Assembly: GCA_013416795.1 (NCBI GenBank) | Contig: RQSC01000018.1 | Coordinates: 86,029-130,005 of the forward strand | Reading direction: 5' to 3' | Length of the DNA: 43,977 nt | DNA from: Prasinococcaceae sp. CCMP 1430 | Taxonomy: Eukaryota; Plantae; Prasinodermophyta | Shown: positions 43,225 to 43,977 of the stretch, piece by piece | How positions within the stretch are numbered: the first letter of the stretch is position 1 | Layout of the letters: the number at the start of each line of letters is the position of its first letter | Notes under the pieces: model-generated | The model's database searches: none | The model's input: only the letters and a program-made list of their open reading frames with translations | Told to the model about the DNA's origin: nothing | Program-made: the position numbers and the translations under genes

Positions 43225-43977
43225 CCAAATGGGATTCCATTAATGTAGGATTCCGCGCGATAAAACGCGCGAGGGCGGAACCCCATTACCGCGGCTGGAC
43301 CGACCTCTTCAAACCACGAACAATGTACCAACGGGCGACTTATTGAGCTCGCTGCGTCCCTGACTGAGCTCCGACTGGCTGGGCTCTGGCTGAGCTGTCT
43401 GTGGTGAAGAGCAGCCATTGCCCGAGAATTTCCCCGGGGTTTTCCCTGTCGCGCGGGCCGAGGTAGGGGCGAGGACAGCCGACATCCCGGATCGATGTCC
43501 GCACATAGTCTACGCAATGCAACTCGAACTCACTCAATCGACAATGCGAGACGAACGACGATTGGCATCATCAACCAATCGCAGCGCACGCAGGGATGCA
43601 CTTCGACCGCCGGCGTGGGGAATCGCCGAATCGGAATCCGCAGGAGATCGACCCGGTTTCCGTCAGGGCGTCACAGCACCACACACACGCCCCACCGCAC
43701 ACAGCGCCGCTTTGCGCAGCTCCAACCTCTCGCCGCACCGGCACCGGCGCCGCTGCCCCGCACCACACGCTCGGCGCACCGCCCGCTTTGCTTTGCGACA
43801 CAGACGCGCACTCTGCGGCCGCTGCCCCTGCTGCTCCTGCCGCTGCTGCTGGCTCCAACTTCAACCTGCTGCTGCTGCAACCTGCAGCTGCAACCTGCTG
43901 CTGCCTGCTGCTGCGCGCGCGGCGCGCGCGCGCGCGGCGCGCGCGCGCGGCGCTTCGCCGCGACGACGGAGCGGATC

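Noticed and set aside
43571-43977. Ala/Gln-rich ORFs at the right end
   Set aside because: Built from (CTG)n and (GC)n low-complexity sequence with no recognisable domain; could be the end of a gene outside the window but cannot be supported.

Overview
Gene-dense, very GC-rich eukaryotic nuclear DNA with short GT-AG introns (donors such as GTGCG/GTACG/GTAG, CTGAC-like branch points) and many (GC)n tracts. The gene set (plant-type prephenate aminotransferase, organellar ThrRS, XEG113-like GT77, DUF212, tRNA-Ile(UAU) with G37) points to a green alga, probably prasinophyte-grade (inference). About 20 protein genes are present: proteasome alpha4, WDR5, PAT, FAHD, PUS7, ThrRS, an amino-acid transporter, GT77, a nucleotide-sugar transporter, agmatine deiminase, an ER-type DnaJ, a 2H phosphoesterase, DUF212, an M12B-like metalloprotease and several unknown secreted or membrane proteins. 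Most notable: (1) a tRNA-Ile(UAU) gene split by two introns, one ectopic, both starting ACCCCGA; (2) a secreted His/Tyr/Asp/Pro-repeat protein with three copies of a Cys-rich domain I do not recognise and a silaffin-like Lys/Ser tail; (3) an in-frame fusion of agmatine deiminase to a 2OG-Fe(II)-oxygenase-like domain; (4) a PheRS-alpha N-terminus fused to a zinc metalloprotease, and a PLAT fragment abutting ThrRS. The assembly is imperfect (211-N gap, three single-N joins, 733-nt poly-C), so chimeras beside those joins may be artefacts. All domain calls are by motif recognition; no searches were run.
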